Below are positions 11,454-21,344 of a DNA stretch of 64,000 bases, piece after piece. The stretch is taken from NCBI RefSeq assembly GCF_964204645.1, contig NC_134027.1, positions 18,066,560 through 18,130,559 on the forward strand, in the 5' to 3' direction. The notes below the pieces were generated by a model. It saw nothing but the letters and a program-made list of their open reading frames with translations, had not been told where the DNA came from and did no database searches. The stretch is from Tubulanus polymorphus (taxonomy: Eukaryota; Animalia; Nemertea). A program made the translations under genes and the position numbers. Positions within the stretch are counted from its first letter, which is position 1. Each line of letters starts with the position of its first letter.

Positions 11454-12623
11454 GATGAAAAAAAAGAACAATATTTAAGAGATTTATGTTATAACCCAGA
11501 AAGTGAAGTATCATATTCTAGCGTTTCAGAATTATGGAATAAAATTAAATCTGATAATGAAAATGGCGCCATACGGCACCCACACGGTGATATAAAATAT
11601 AGTGAGTTAAAATTATGGTTACAAAATCAACCAACATATCAAATCCACAAGAAAATGGATAAAACTTATTTTACAAGAAAAGTTATGGTTTCATATATCG
11701 ATCAACAATGGCAAGCAGATTTAATTGACATGAAGAACTTAGAAGAACACAACAAAGGATATTTCTGGATACTGAATGTTATAGACATATTCAGTAGATA
11801 CGCATGGTCAATTCCAATCAAAAATAAAACTGGAATAGAAGTGACAAATGCTTTTAAATCAATATTTAAAGAAGCTATTCCAGATAAGATACAATTTGAT
11901 GAAGGTAAGGAATTTTATAACAAACATTTCAAAAAACTATTATCTGATAACGATGTAGATTATTTTTCAACACATTCAGATAAAAAAGCATCTATTATAG
12001 AAAGATTTAATAAAACATTGAAAACTAGAATGTGGAAATATTTTACTGCTAATGAAACATATAAATATATCGATGTGTTAGATGATTTAGTGAAAGGTTA
12101 TTATAATTCTAAACATAGTTCTTTAAATATTAAACCTATACAAGCTAGAAAAGAAGATAATTCAGAAATAGTTTGGAATAATTTATATGGAGCATTTGTT
12201 AGAAAAGAAGATAATTCAGAAATAGTTTGGAATAATTTATATGGAGCATTTGTTACACATGATTTCGGTGAACCTAAATTTAAAATTGGACAACACGTAA
12301 GAATATCTAAATATAGAAAAACATTTTATGAAGGTTATACTCCAAATTTTACTGAAGAAATATTCAAGATTAAAAAGATAGTATTAACTAAACCATTTGT
12401 TTATAAACTAGAAGATCTAAAAGATGAAGAAATATTAGGTTATTTCTATGAACAAGAATTATCACTTGTACCAAATCCAGATGAAATAGAATACAAAATA
12501 GAAAAAGTATTGAAAACAAAAACTCTTAAAGGAAAAAAGTATTCTTTGGTGAAATATAAAGGATACGATGATAAATTTAATGAATGGATTTTATCTAGTA
12601 AAATTAAAAGAATAAATGAATAA
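11454..12623 (+). CDS. Retroviral-like (rve) DDE integrase with C-terminal chromodomain
   Basis: WQADLIDM..IDIFSRYAW..QFDEGKEF..IIERFNKTLK core; chromodomain YKIEKVLK..LVKYKGYDDKFNEWI. Frame is open from 11454 but the start codon appears lost; 54-bp in-frame duplication at 12147-12254. Confidence 0.95.
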   Translation, partial: DEKKEQYLRDLCYNPESEVSYSSVSELWNKIKSDNENGAIRHPHGDIKYSELKLWLQNQPTYQIHKKMDKTYFTRKVMVSYIDQQWQADLIDMKNLEEHNKGYFWILNVIDIFSRYAWSIPIKNKTGIEVTNAFKSIFKEAIPDKIQFDEGKEFYNKHFKKLLSDNDVDYFSTHSDKKASIIERFNKTLKTRMWKYFTANETYKYIDVLDDLVKGYYNSKHSSLNIKPIQARKEDNSEIVWNNLYGAFVRKEDNSEIVWNNLYGAFVTHDFGEPKFKIGQHVRISKYRKTFYEGYTPNFTEEIFKIKKIVLTKPFVYKLEDLKDEEILGYFYEQELSLVPNPDEIEYKIEKVLKTKTLKGKKYSLVKYKGYDDKFNEWILSSKIKRINE

Positions 12624-13227
12624 AGATTTATTTATATTTGAACCGCATAATATGTTAGTTACTGGTGTAACCAATTGTGGTAAAACACATTTCATATTAG
12701 ATTTGTTAGAAACTATTTATAAGAATCATTTTGATAATATAATATTATTCTGTCCTACTTATGAAATGAATAAAACATATAATAGAGATATAGTTAAGAT
12801 AAAAAAGTTTATTATATTAGATCCTAAAACAGTAAAAGAAAATTTAGATAATTGTAAAAAAATAGCAATTGATACTTATAAAGGATCAAATACATTATTC
12901 ATTATAGATGATTGCGCAAATTTACATGATTCAAAAGTGAGAGAAAGTGAGTTATGTTACTCAGCTTTCTCTGGGAGACATTTTGGGATAACAACATGGG
13001 TTTTAAATCAAAAATGTAATTCAATTGTTAAAGAATTTAGGGAGAATATAAGATTACTGGTTTTATTTTATAACAAAGATAAAAAATCTATGCAACAATC
13101 ATTGGAAGAAAATCAAATTATACCTACTAAATTACATGATGAATATATGAATAAATTAAAGAATAATAAAGGTTCAAAATTATTACTGAGATTACAATTT
13201 CCATATGAATATAAGTTTATAAAATAA
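12616..13227 (+). CDS. A32/FtsK-like genome packaging ATPase
   Basis: Walker A GVTNCGKT, Walker B LFIIDD, GRHFGITTWVLNQK motif. Confidence 0.92.
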   Translation: MNKDLFIFEPHNMLVTGVTNCGKTHFILDLLETIYKNHFDNIILFCPTYEMNKTYNRDIVKIKKFIILDPKTVKENLDNCKKIAIDTYKGSNTLFIIDDCANLHDSKVRESELCYSAFSGRHFGITTWVLNQKCNSIVKEFRENIRLLVLFYNKDKKSMQQSLEENQIIPTKLHDEYMNKLKNNKGSKLLLRLQFPYEYKFIK

Positions 13228-13249
13228 CTATTTATATATCTATCTATCT

Positions 13250-13579
13250 AATACGTATTAAATAAGTATTAGATACGTATTAAATACATTAATACTTAAA
13301 ACCCCATTTTTAAAATAAATATTATTCATATAATTTTCAACCAATTTATTTTTATTTTTTTCAACTAATATATGAATAAGTTTGAAAATAATAAAGGTTA
13401 TTTATTATTACTGATGTTTCAATATAAATTTAAAAAAGAAATATAATTTAAGGTATTTTCAAATAATATGTATTAAATACGTATTAGATACGTATTAGAT
13501 ATGTATTAAATACGTATTAGATACCTTAATACTTAAAACCCCCTTTTTTATTTACTATTATTTTATACAATTTTCAACC
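13250..13579. repeat. Duplicated block of 11-bp ATACGTATTA(G/A) repeats at the convergent gene junction
   Basis: Two direct blocks (~13250-13342 and ~13468-13579), each repeats + TTAATACTTAAAACCCC + ATTTTCAACC. Confidence 0.8.
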
Positions 13580-13583
13580 TTTA

Positions 13584-14429
13584 TTACTTTTTGAGTGTTA
13601 GATAATCACTTTCTGAATCACTTTCACTATCAGACACTAACAATTTATTCAAATGCTCTACCGTATCTTCATAAATAATTGGTTTATTGATATACTTATT
13701 AGTCATCTCAACTATATCTTTATTTTCTGATTTAAGTTTCATAGAATCTTTATTATAAATGCGCTTTCCTGTATTTTCATTATTATCTTTATTAGTGTTT
13801 GCTCCTAATATTTCATTTACAATGTTTGATTCTAATTTAATAGCATCGGTTAAATCTAATTCATCTTTATTAGGTGTTGCTAATAATAAATCTTCATATA
13901 ATTCTTTACCATTTACTTTTTGATTTGAAACAAACTTTGTAACATATCTAAATGGGTGTTCTATAAATTCTTTTAAACCAACACGTTCTATAACATTAGT
14001 AATATGTGAATTTGTATTCATATGATTATTCCAATTTGATGGAGCGTTTGAAAATTCACCTTTACAATAATCACAATAATTTCTATTTTCACTAACATTT
14101 AATATTATTGCATTATTAGATGTAGAAGGTATTGCATTATTAGATGTAGAAGGTATTACATTATTAGATGTAGAAGGTATTACATTATTAGATGTAGAAG
14201 GTATTACATTATTAGATGTAGAAGGTATTACATTATTATCAATTACATTACTTAAATTATCAACAACTTCACTTTTATTATTATCGATTTCTATTAGTTT
14301 AGTTTTATAAATTTTGAAAATAGGATCAAATATCAAAGCTATATTACAAGGTATTACATAATATAAACCATCATTATTTTCATGTGTATCGATGTATGGA
14401 ATATGTTTATATACTTGACCTCCTTCCAT
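13584..14429 (-). CDS. Zinc-finger protein with NNVIPSTS tandem repeats
   Basis: Five 24-bp repeats (~14110-14235); C2H2-like CDYCKGEFSNAPSNWNNHMNTNSH; TAAATG start. Confidence 0.7.
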   Translation of the reverse strand: MEGGQVYKHIPYIDTHENNDGLYYVIPCNIALIFDPIFKIYKTKLIEIDNNKSEVVDNLSNVIDNNVIPSTSNNVIPSTSNNVIPSTSNNVIPSTSNNAIPSTSNNAIILNVSENRNYCDYCKGEFSNAPSNWNNHMNTNSHITNVIERVGLKEFIEHPFRYVTKFVSNQKVNGKELYEDLLLATPNKDELDLTDAIKLESNIVNEILGANTNKDNNENTGKRIYNKDSMKLKSENKDIVEMTNKYINKPIIYEDTVEHLNKLLVSDSESDSESDYLTLKK

Positions 14430-14461
14430 TTATTATATAAATTTTTATTAAAGTTAAAATT

Positions 14462-15709
14462 TTAATACATAACACTATTTAATTGAGAATTTACAATATT
14501 TAATTGCGCGTCAGATATAATATAAATGTGCATTTTGAAATTTTTGATTCCTTTATTCTTTGTCATGAATAATTGTATTCAATCTTTAGTGTTTTGTAAT
14601 TTTTTCCCAGAACCATGTAATGAATTATCCTCTGTTGTTCTAAAATCTAACCATAATGCATATTTATTACCGGTATGATAATCAATTTGATTAATGTTAC
14701 AATTTTCAGATGATTTTACTTTTTCATTCATAAAATGTTTTCTAATTTCTGGCCATTGATCTATCATTCTCATTCCTTGACAAAATATTTTATTTGCTAT
14801 TCCTTCGATAGTTATTTCTACTTTTGTTATTTCAGGATTATAATAATTATCAACATTTATTGCGCCATTAGTATATGTTGCAATGGTAAAAAATATTAAT
14901 ATACCTTTAATAGATCTTCTTGGGAAGTTAATATTCTCATTAATAATTTCATCATTTGCATTAATAGTTACAGTTTTAAATTTATCAATATAATCATATA
15001 ATAATGAAAATCCTTGATTGTATTGAGTTTGAATGATACTTGAAATATTTTCATCAATTACTGTATCATATTCTAAACATATATTCGATAATTTATAACT
15101 CATATCTTTATTAACGCTAGATATTACAATTTCATTTACAGGAGCAAATGTTATTTCGAATATAACGTCTTCTTGAATTGCGTATTTATATAAGGATGCA
15201 TTCTTACTTATCAATTCAAAGTCTAATGGAATTTTATATTTGCTTCCATATATACATTTTATCAATTTATCTACAGCATTAGTTAATATTGCGCTATTAG
15301 CTTCTGATCTTAATTCATTTTGGTTTTCTGATTGGATGCCTTGAAATATCATATTATTTCTATTTTCTTTAGTTAATCATAAATCTTTATAATGCATAAA
15401 TAAATTATAATCATCTAATGAGAAAACTGTTTCTGGACCAATCTTTATAGTTAATTTTTTAATCAAATATCTTCCAACATTATCAACAACATAATTATTA
15501 TTATTACCGATTACTTTTATATCGGCTGATAAATAAATACTATTTGGAACATAAAAAGTATTTTGTGTTAATCGAGGAATTCTAACATATAAAGTTTCAT
15601 CGGGATTAATATTGGAAGGGTTATGAGTAATTATATGATGTGATCTTTCTGCTTTAATAGCATTAGATATTCTATGATTCTTAGAAGGATTGATATAACT
15701 CCCACTCAT
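14462..15709 (-). pseudogene. Major capsid protein (double jelly-roll, inferred), two in-frame nonsense codons
   Basis: One 416-codon frame with TGA at 15377 and 14579. Beta-rich; motifs HNPSNINP, YKIPLDF, SNICLEYDTV, KVEITIEG, ALWLDFR resemble Polinton-like MCPs. The relic copy at ~45157 has GGA at the second stop. Confidence 0.8.
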
Positions 15710-15750
15710 TTATTTAACAAAAAAAATTAATCATTTATTTTTGATCATGT

Positions 15751-17297
15751 TTACTTGATATTTTTTGATATCATGTTTACTAACCCAAAAATAATAGCAC
15801 TTACAACTGTAATTAAAAATAAAATAATATGTTCAGCAGCAAAGTTAATAATGTTTCCTGCAGATTTCAATATAAAACCAACAATTGATGCAATAATTCC
15901 TGGTAATGCTGCAGCAGATTTTTTAGATAGTTCCCATAAATATTTTGCTAATTTCTTTAAACCATCTTTAACTTTATCTTGTATAGAATTATTATTATCT
16001 GGGGGTTTATCCGGTTTATTGGGAGTAGGAGTAGATTTCAAAGCATTTGATATTGCTAAACCAATTGTTGTAAATAACATAGTTACAGCTGTTAGAATTG
16101 AAAGAATTGTTATTCCTTCTAATTTAAATAATAACTTTATTCTATCTTTCAATGATATTTTAGAATCTGGTTTTATCAACAAATCTTTAAAAATAACTTT
16201 TAATTTTTTAATAATGTATCTCTTTCTTTTTCCTGTAATTCTTTGTTATATTTTAAATCATCTATTTCTTTTTCTAAAGCTAACTTTCTGCTTTCATAAT
16301 CAGCTTCCTCGATTAATTGAAGATCTCTATTTAATTCTAATTGTTTTAATTCTTCATTTGCATTAGTTAATTCTTTTTCTAACATGGTTATTTTAGAAAA
16401 TCTCATCTTAATATTAGCAATTTCACCAGCTGATTCTTGCATACCTTTAATTTCTCTACGTGCTTGTTCAGGAAATGCTTCTAATTCATCATCAGTTAAA
16501 TCAAGTAATCCTTTTTCTAGTAAAGATTGTATTCGATTTATTCCAGTACTATTCATCTCTTCTTCTGAATCTCTTAATCTATCAATTTGTTTTTATAATA
16601 CTAATTGTAATTGACTTGAATCATTATCAATTTGTTGAATATCTCTTCTCGATGTTTCGGGTGTTGAAGATCTTAATTTATCTAATCGATCTCTATTCTC
16701 TTCCATTTCCGTTTTTGAATTTTTATCGATTGTTTCAAATAAGTAATCAATTTTTTGACTAAATACTCTTATATTATCATCTCTTTCTTCTTGTGTAACA
16801 TCAGTTATTTCATTACTAATACTTATTCTCTTAATTCTAGATGTTTCTAAATTTCTCAAAGTTGATTCCGCTAATATTTTATTTAGTTTTGTCTTTTGAT
16901 TAGTGATATCAATATAATAATCACCATCCAAACGATAATAATATTTACCTTTAAAAAGTTTTAATTTTTGTACTTAAAGTCTGGCGCCTCTATCATTTAT
17001 ATTATATCCAGATTCTTTAAATACACGTTGAAAATCATACATAAAATCAATATTTTCAAGATCTTCCTTTGATAAACCTTGATTTTCATTTTCAGGATTT
17101 ATTCTCGATCTAGTTCTTCTATCAAATTCATCTGTTGATGGGGCTTTAGAACCACTATCTGCTAAATTAGAATTATATGCTGATTCATTACCATCATCAA
17201 TATTAGTTTCTGCATCATTATAATCATCATCAATATATCCTTCATTATTATTTCCCATGCCTTCCATTTCATAATCTTCTCCACCTTCTACTGCCAT
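15751..17297 (-). pseudogene. ~515-aa acidic/coiled-coil protein with C-terminal TM helices
   Basis: ORFs 16974-17297, 16593-16931 and 16200-16556 share a frame (2 stops), then frameshift into 15751-16182 (GITILSILTAV.., AALPGIIASIVGFIL). Confidence 0.7.
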
Positions 17298-17313
17298 TTA
17301 CATAATAAAAAAA

Positions 17314-18630
17314 TTAAAATTTAAAATATAATATTCCTCCGATTACAATTCCTATACAAGTTATAGCTAATTTAGTATTTTCATGGGATTTATTATCATC
17401 ATTTAGTTTAATTATATCATGTTGAATAATATCAGTTTTTATATTTTCTGTAGTATTGTTATCTCTTATTTTAAAATCATTATTTAATTTAATATTCTTA
17501 GTTTTAATTTCTGTTGATTGAATGTGTTTTTTATTTTTTTCACCTTCCATTAATTTTGGAGCAGTAATAATCTTTTTATTTATATCATTCAATCCAAATG
17601 AATTATTTATTGTTGCAGTTTTAATAAGATTATTATAACCAATTATATTTCCCATCTTTAGTACTAAATCATTAGAAATAATTAATGGATTAGGGCCTAT
17701 ACAATAATTTAGTCTAATATGTGATTTATCTAAATAATTTTGATATCTTACAATGTTTTCTGCAATCGATCTATTTTTATCATTATGAATGGAATCTTCA
17801 AATAATACTTTAAACTGTTTCTGCGCATCGAATGAAGTGTTATCATTTCCAATTATTGGGGATCTTGTTTCAACTTGCGCACCTAAAATACATATCAAAT
17901 AAGTACTAATAGATTGATTTATTCTTTGTATTCCAGCTTTAGTAAAACCTTCACTATTTTCTAAAATGAAATTAACCCAACGATTATTGTTTTGTTGTAT
18001 ATTATTATAATATTTTGGTAATTCATTCCAATTTAGTGTTCTTATATCTGAATTTGTCATTATTTTTCCAAATTCTTTAGTATATAATATTCCTAATCCA
18101 CCCATTGTTCCAATTTTTGCTCTAAAATCTTTATTTGAATTAATATTAAATTCATTACATATTTTATAAAACTTAGAAAAATTAATATTATTATTCAATT
18201 CTTTAAAATATTTTGAACCTGGTAAAGGACATTCTAATTCATCTAATATTAATTTTATTTGAAAATAAGTATGAAATCTAAAAAGTGATAACATCAATGG
18301 TAAACTTGGTTTGTTTAAATGATCATTCCAACTAATTCCACATCCTGTTGTTGCGCAATAAACAGCAAAATTTAATTGGTTCTGCCAATACTTCATATTA
18401 GATTTTAATAACCATTGTTTTGCCTCATTTAAATTTTTGAAATTAATTGTATACACATGAAATATATTTTCCATCTTTACATGAAAATTATTACTTTCAG
18501 TTACATAAATATATAAATCAATTAATGAATTTAAAACTTCATTTCTATATGTAATATCTTTATTAAAATCTATTGCTGGAATATTATATTTAATTGATTT
18601 ATTATATTGGAAAGCTTTTGGAAACCCCAT
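17314..18630 (-). CDS. Polinton-like protein with C-terminal TM anchor, function unknown
   Basis: Intact 438 aa; WQNQLNFAVYCATTGCGIS and CILGAQV motifs conserved in the relic at 46905-48180; C-terminal LAITCIGIVIGGILYF. Confidence 0.8.
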   Translation of the reverse strand: MGFPKAFQYNKSIKYNIPAIDFNKDITYRNEVLNSLIDLYIYVTESNNFHVKMENIFHVYTINFKNLNEAKQWLLKSNMKYWQNQLNFAVYCATTGCGISWNDHLNKPSLPLMLSLFRFHTYFQIKLILDELECPLPGSKYFKELNNNINFSKFYKICNEFNINSNKDFRAKIGTMGGLGILYTKEFGKIMTNSDIRTLNWNELPKYYNNIQQNNNRWVNFILENSEGFTKAGIQRINQSISTYLICILGAQVETRSPIIGNDNTSFDAQKQFKVLFEDSIHNDKNRSIAENIVRYQNYLDKSHIRLNYCIGPNPLIISNDLVLKMGNIIGYNNLIKTATINNSFGLNDINKKIITAPKLMEGEKNKKHIQSTEIKTKNIKLNNDFKIRDNNTTENIKTDIIQHDIIKLNDDNKSHENTKLAITCIGIVIGGILYFKF

Positions 18631-18646
18631 TTATATAATTAAAAAA

Positions 18647-19081
18647 TTAATAATTAACTAATTCTTTTAATAATTTATCTTGTTCTTCAACTGTTATATG
18701 ACCATTTAAACTTATTATATAGTCTAGTGTATTCTTCAATTTATTAATTTCTTTTATATTAGTTTTAATTTTTTCTTTATTACTTTTTATATTTAATTTT
18801 GAACTTATACCAGTTAAAACACTTGAACTTAATCCTAATACACCAATTGATATAGCTAAAGGTGTTAATGGACTGAATATTGCTAGAAATGTTATTACAG
18901 AACTAATTGTAACCGAACCACTTATAATCAAATAATATATAATCTTACTTTTTAAATATTTTTTCTTTTTTATCTTTAAGTCACTTTCAAATTCTAATAT
19001 TTGTTTTTCTAAATACATTTTTAATTTAGTTTTATTTATATCATGAGGAATAATATCAATATTATCAACTTTATCTTCCAT
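18647..19081 (-). CDS. Two-TM coiled-coil membrane protein
   Basis: Intact 144 aa; hydrophobic IIYYLIISGSVTISSVITFLAIF..LAISIGVLGLSSSVL; homologue split at 48240-48518/54451-54603. Confidence 0.75.
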   Translation of the reverse strand: MEDKVDNIDIIPHDINKTKLKMYLEKQILEFESDLKIKKKKYLKSKIIYYLIISGSVTISSVITFLAIFSPLTPLAISIGVLGLSSSVLTGISSKLNIKSNKEKIKTNIKEINKLKNTLDYIISLNGHITVEEQDKLLKELVNY

Positions 19082-19102
19082 TTATTTAGCAAAAAAAAAA
19101 TA

Positions 19103-19525
19103 CTAATTAGTAAATTTATATGCTACAAATATAACAATAACTGTTCCACCTAAAATCCAAATTATTTCATATTTCTGTTGTTCTTTACTTGGGGTATAAT
19201 AATCTGATAAATTAGGTTTGTATAGATGTAATTTTTCTTTATTGGTTACCGCGTTATATAAACTCATTGCATCATCAACTGATTGAAAATCTCTATGTGA
19301 AATCTTCTGATCATATAATTCATTGTTAATATAATCCATATAGTTTTGCCTCTTTTCTCTATATTCTTCCGCAGCTTTATTATATTTTCCTAATGCTAAG
19401 TTATGTCTTTTTTGTTCTGTTAATGATCCATTTTTATCAATATGTTTAAATAAATAACCGCCACCAGTAAATGCTAAAGCGTTAACAATTGCCAATCCTA
19501 TAATAGTTATAACTGCAGAAGCCAT
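19103..19525 (-). CDS. Membrane protein with N- and C-terminal hydrophobic helices
   Basis: Intact 140 aa; highly similar intact paralogue at 54629-55051. Confidence 0.8.
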   Translation of the reverse strand: MASAVITIIGLAIVNALAFTGGGYLFKHIDKNGSLTEQKRHNLALGKYNKAAEEYREKRQNYMDYINNELYDQKISHRDFQSVDDAMSLYNAVTNKEKLHLYKPNLSDYYTPSKEQQKYEIIWILGGTVIVIFVAYKFTN

Positions 19526-19549
19526 TTATTTAGTAAAATAATTACGCAT

Positions 19550-19771
19550 TTATATGGGAGGAATATATTTTTGTTTTTCCAAATAATCAATAGTTAAATT
19601 AGATAAAGTAACTGCTAATGTTAATTTTAAAATATCATTTATATCAAATCTATCAACATTAACACTTCCCATTTTAAATACTTTTTTTAATACCATTGAA
19701 TAACCAACAGTTCCAACTGATAGTAACGCTCCATTATATAATCCAATTATTATCCACTTATTATCACTCAT
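19550..19771 (-). CDS. Small hydrophobic protein
   Basis: 73 aa; homologue at 468-697; start abuts the upstream stop (TAA-ATG). Confidence 0.7.
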   Translation of the reverse strand: MSDNKWIIIGLYNGALLSVGTVGYSMVLKKVFKMGSVNVDRFDINDILKLTLAVTLSNLTIDYLEKQKYIPPI

Positions 19772-20128
19772 TTATTTATCAAAAAAATTACTATCATCAA
19801 AATATTTAGTTAACTTATTTATGATTAAATCAACATTTATTTCATTACTAGTTTCATTTGTATATATTTCAATTATTATTTTTTTAATATCATCGATGAT
19901 AAAATCTTCATCTAATTCATAAAATCTTAAAGATTCTCTAATTAAATTAGTAATCTTTTCTACATTTAAAGTTTCTTTATCTATTGTTGTTTCATATTCA
20001 AATGTTGTTTCATTAGAAAATTTAATATTTTTGATATGTGTAATTACATCAGTAATGTTAAATTTCATTTCTTTCTCATGTTTAAAATCAAACCCAAAAC
20101 ATATACTCGGCCCAACAGTTATATTCAT
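19772..20128 (-). CDS. Polinton hypothetical protein
   Basis: 118 aa; paralogue at 705-1040. Confidence 0.75.
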   Translation of the reverse strand: MNITVGPSICFGFDFKHEKEMKFNITDVITHIKNIKFSNETTFEYETTIDKETLNVEKITNLIRESLRFYELDEDFIIDDIKKIIIEIYTNETSNEINVDLIINKLTKYFDDSNFFDK

Positions 20129-20144
20129 TTATATAGTGAAAAAA

Positions 20145-20903
20145 TTACTCTTTACATCTTATAACTAATTCATATATCACAGGAAAGTTATTCAAATCAA
20201 TTAAATATCCATTGTGATTTCTTATTTCTAATTTAAAATTATTAAATTGAGGAATGCAAGGTTTGAAATCACATTCAGTTAAATTATAATTTATTTGAGT
20301 TCCAAATTGTTTAACATTTTATAGCGGTAAAATATTTAGTATACTAGAACTACAAATTGTTTCTTTAGTTGCATCGAAAGTCTTTGTAGGCTCGATTAAA
20401 TTGCAATAAATATAAAAGTGTGTAAAAGGTATTATATTTGAATTACCATCTATGTTTCCTGTAACAGTATCTGGTGCAATTCCTAGCAATTTAGCTAATG
20501 GTTTTTTTACCATAAATGCATGTTGACTTTCATCATATACCTTTATTTTAATTTTATTTGTGCTATCACTTTTTATAAATCTAATTAAAAATTTATCATC
20601 TCTTCTAATTTTCAACCGTGCTCTTCGATTAATTTCTTGAGCTAATGTTTCTAAATTATATAATCCTGGTTTTAAAATTATATGAAACCATTTATCTACA
20701 TTTCCAATATGAATTAAAAAAGTATTATCTTCAATAGTTTTATCCGTTATATTATAAAAAGAATTACATAAACTTATATTTACTAATTTTAAATCAACAC
20801 AATTCTTGAATTCTCTATCTAATTGTACTAGTAAATTATGAGATTTATAATTTGTAAGTTTTCTAGAATCAACAAATATTCTGTATTCTTTTAATTCCGC
20901 CAT
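20145..20903 (-). pseudogene. Minor capsid protein (penton, single jelly-roll, inferred), one nonsense codon
   Basis: 253-codon frame with TAA at 20319 (Lys in the relic at ~55371); motifs IFVDSR, NSFYNI, FYIYCNLI, LEIRNHNGYLIDLNN. Confidence 0.75.
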
Positions 20904-20917
20904 TTATTTTACATATT

Positions 20918-21267
20918 TTATTCGAAATCTATTTCATGGTGCCCTTTTTCATTCTTACCTTTGTGATAATAGAAATCACCAGAACATAATTCTTCTAGAT
21001 CTTCACTTGATAATCTATGAAATCTATCTGGTAAATATGTTCTGAATTTATGTGTATTTCCTTTTAATCCTTCATATTCTAAGTGTATAACTAATTTATC
21101 TCCATAGTTATTAGTAACTGTATCATATTTGTAATTAGATATTTCTTATGAATTGTTAATTCTGTTAACTTTTTGAATTTATAATCTACAGATTTTACAT
21201 TTGTTATATCTTTAATTCTATCTAGAAATAATTTGTTGTTCTCACTGTGTGTCTGTTTACTCTCCAT
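20918..21267 (-). pseudogene. MESKQ-family small protein (possible OB-fold/SSB), frameshifted
   Basis: Homologous to the intact ORF 55973-56305; the fold is inference only. Confidence 0.65.
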
Positions 21268-21344
21268 TTATAATACATATTTTTATTAAAATTTGATTAA
21301 CACGTTAGAATTCTTTTCATTATCTCGTTCACTTTTGTTTCTTC

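Noticed and set aside
14462-15709. TGA recoding/readthrough in MCP
   Set aside because: One TGA plausibly replaces Trp, but the other corresponds to GGA in the relic copy. Other genes carry TAA stops and frameshifts, so ordinary decay explains it.
15755-16762. Plus-strand ORFs of 203, 76 and 100 aa
   Set aside because: Antisense shadows of the minus-strand Polinton gene.
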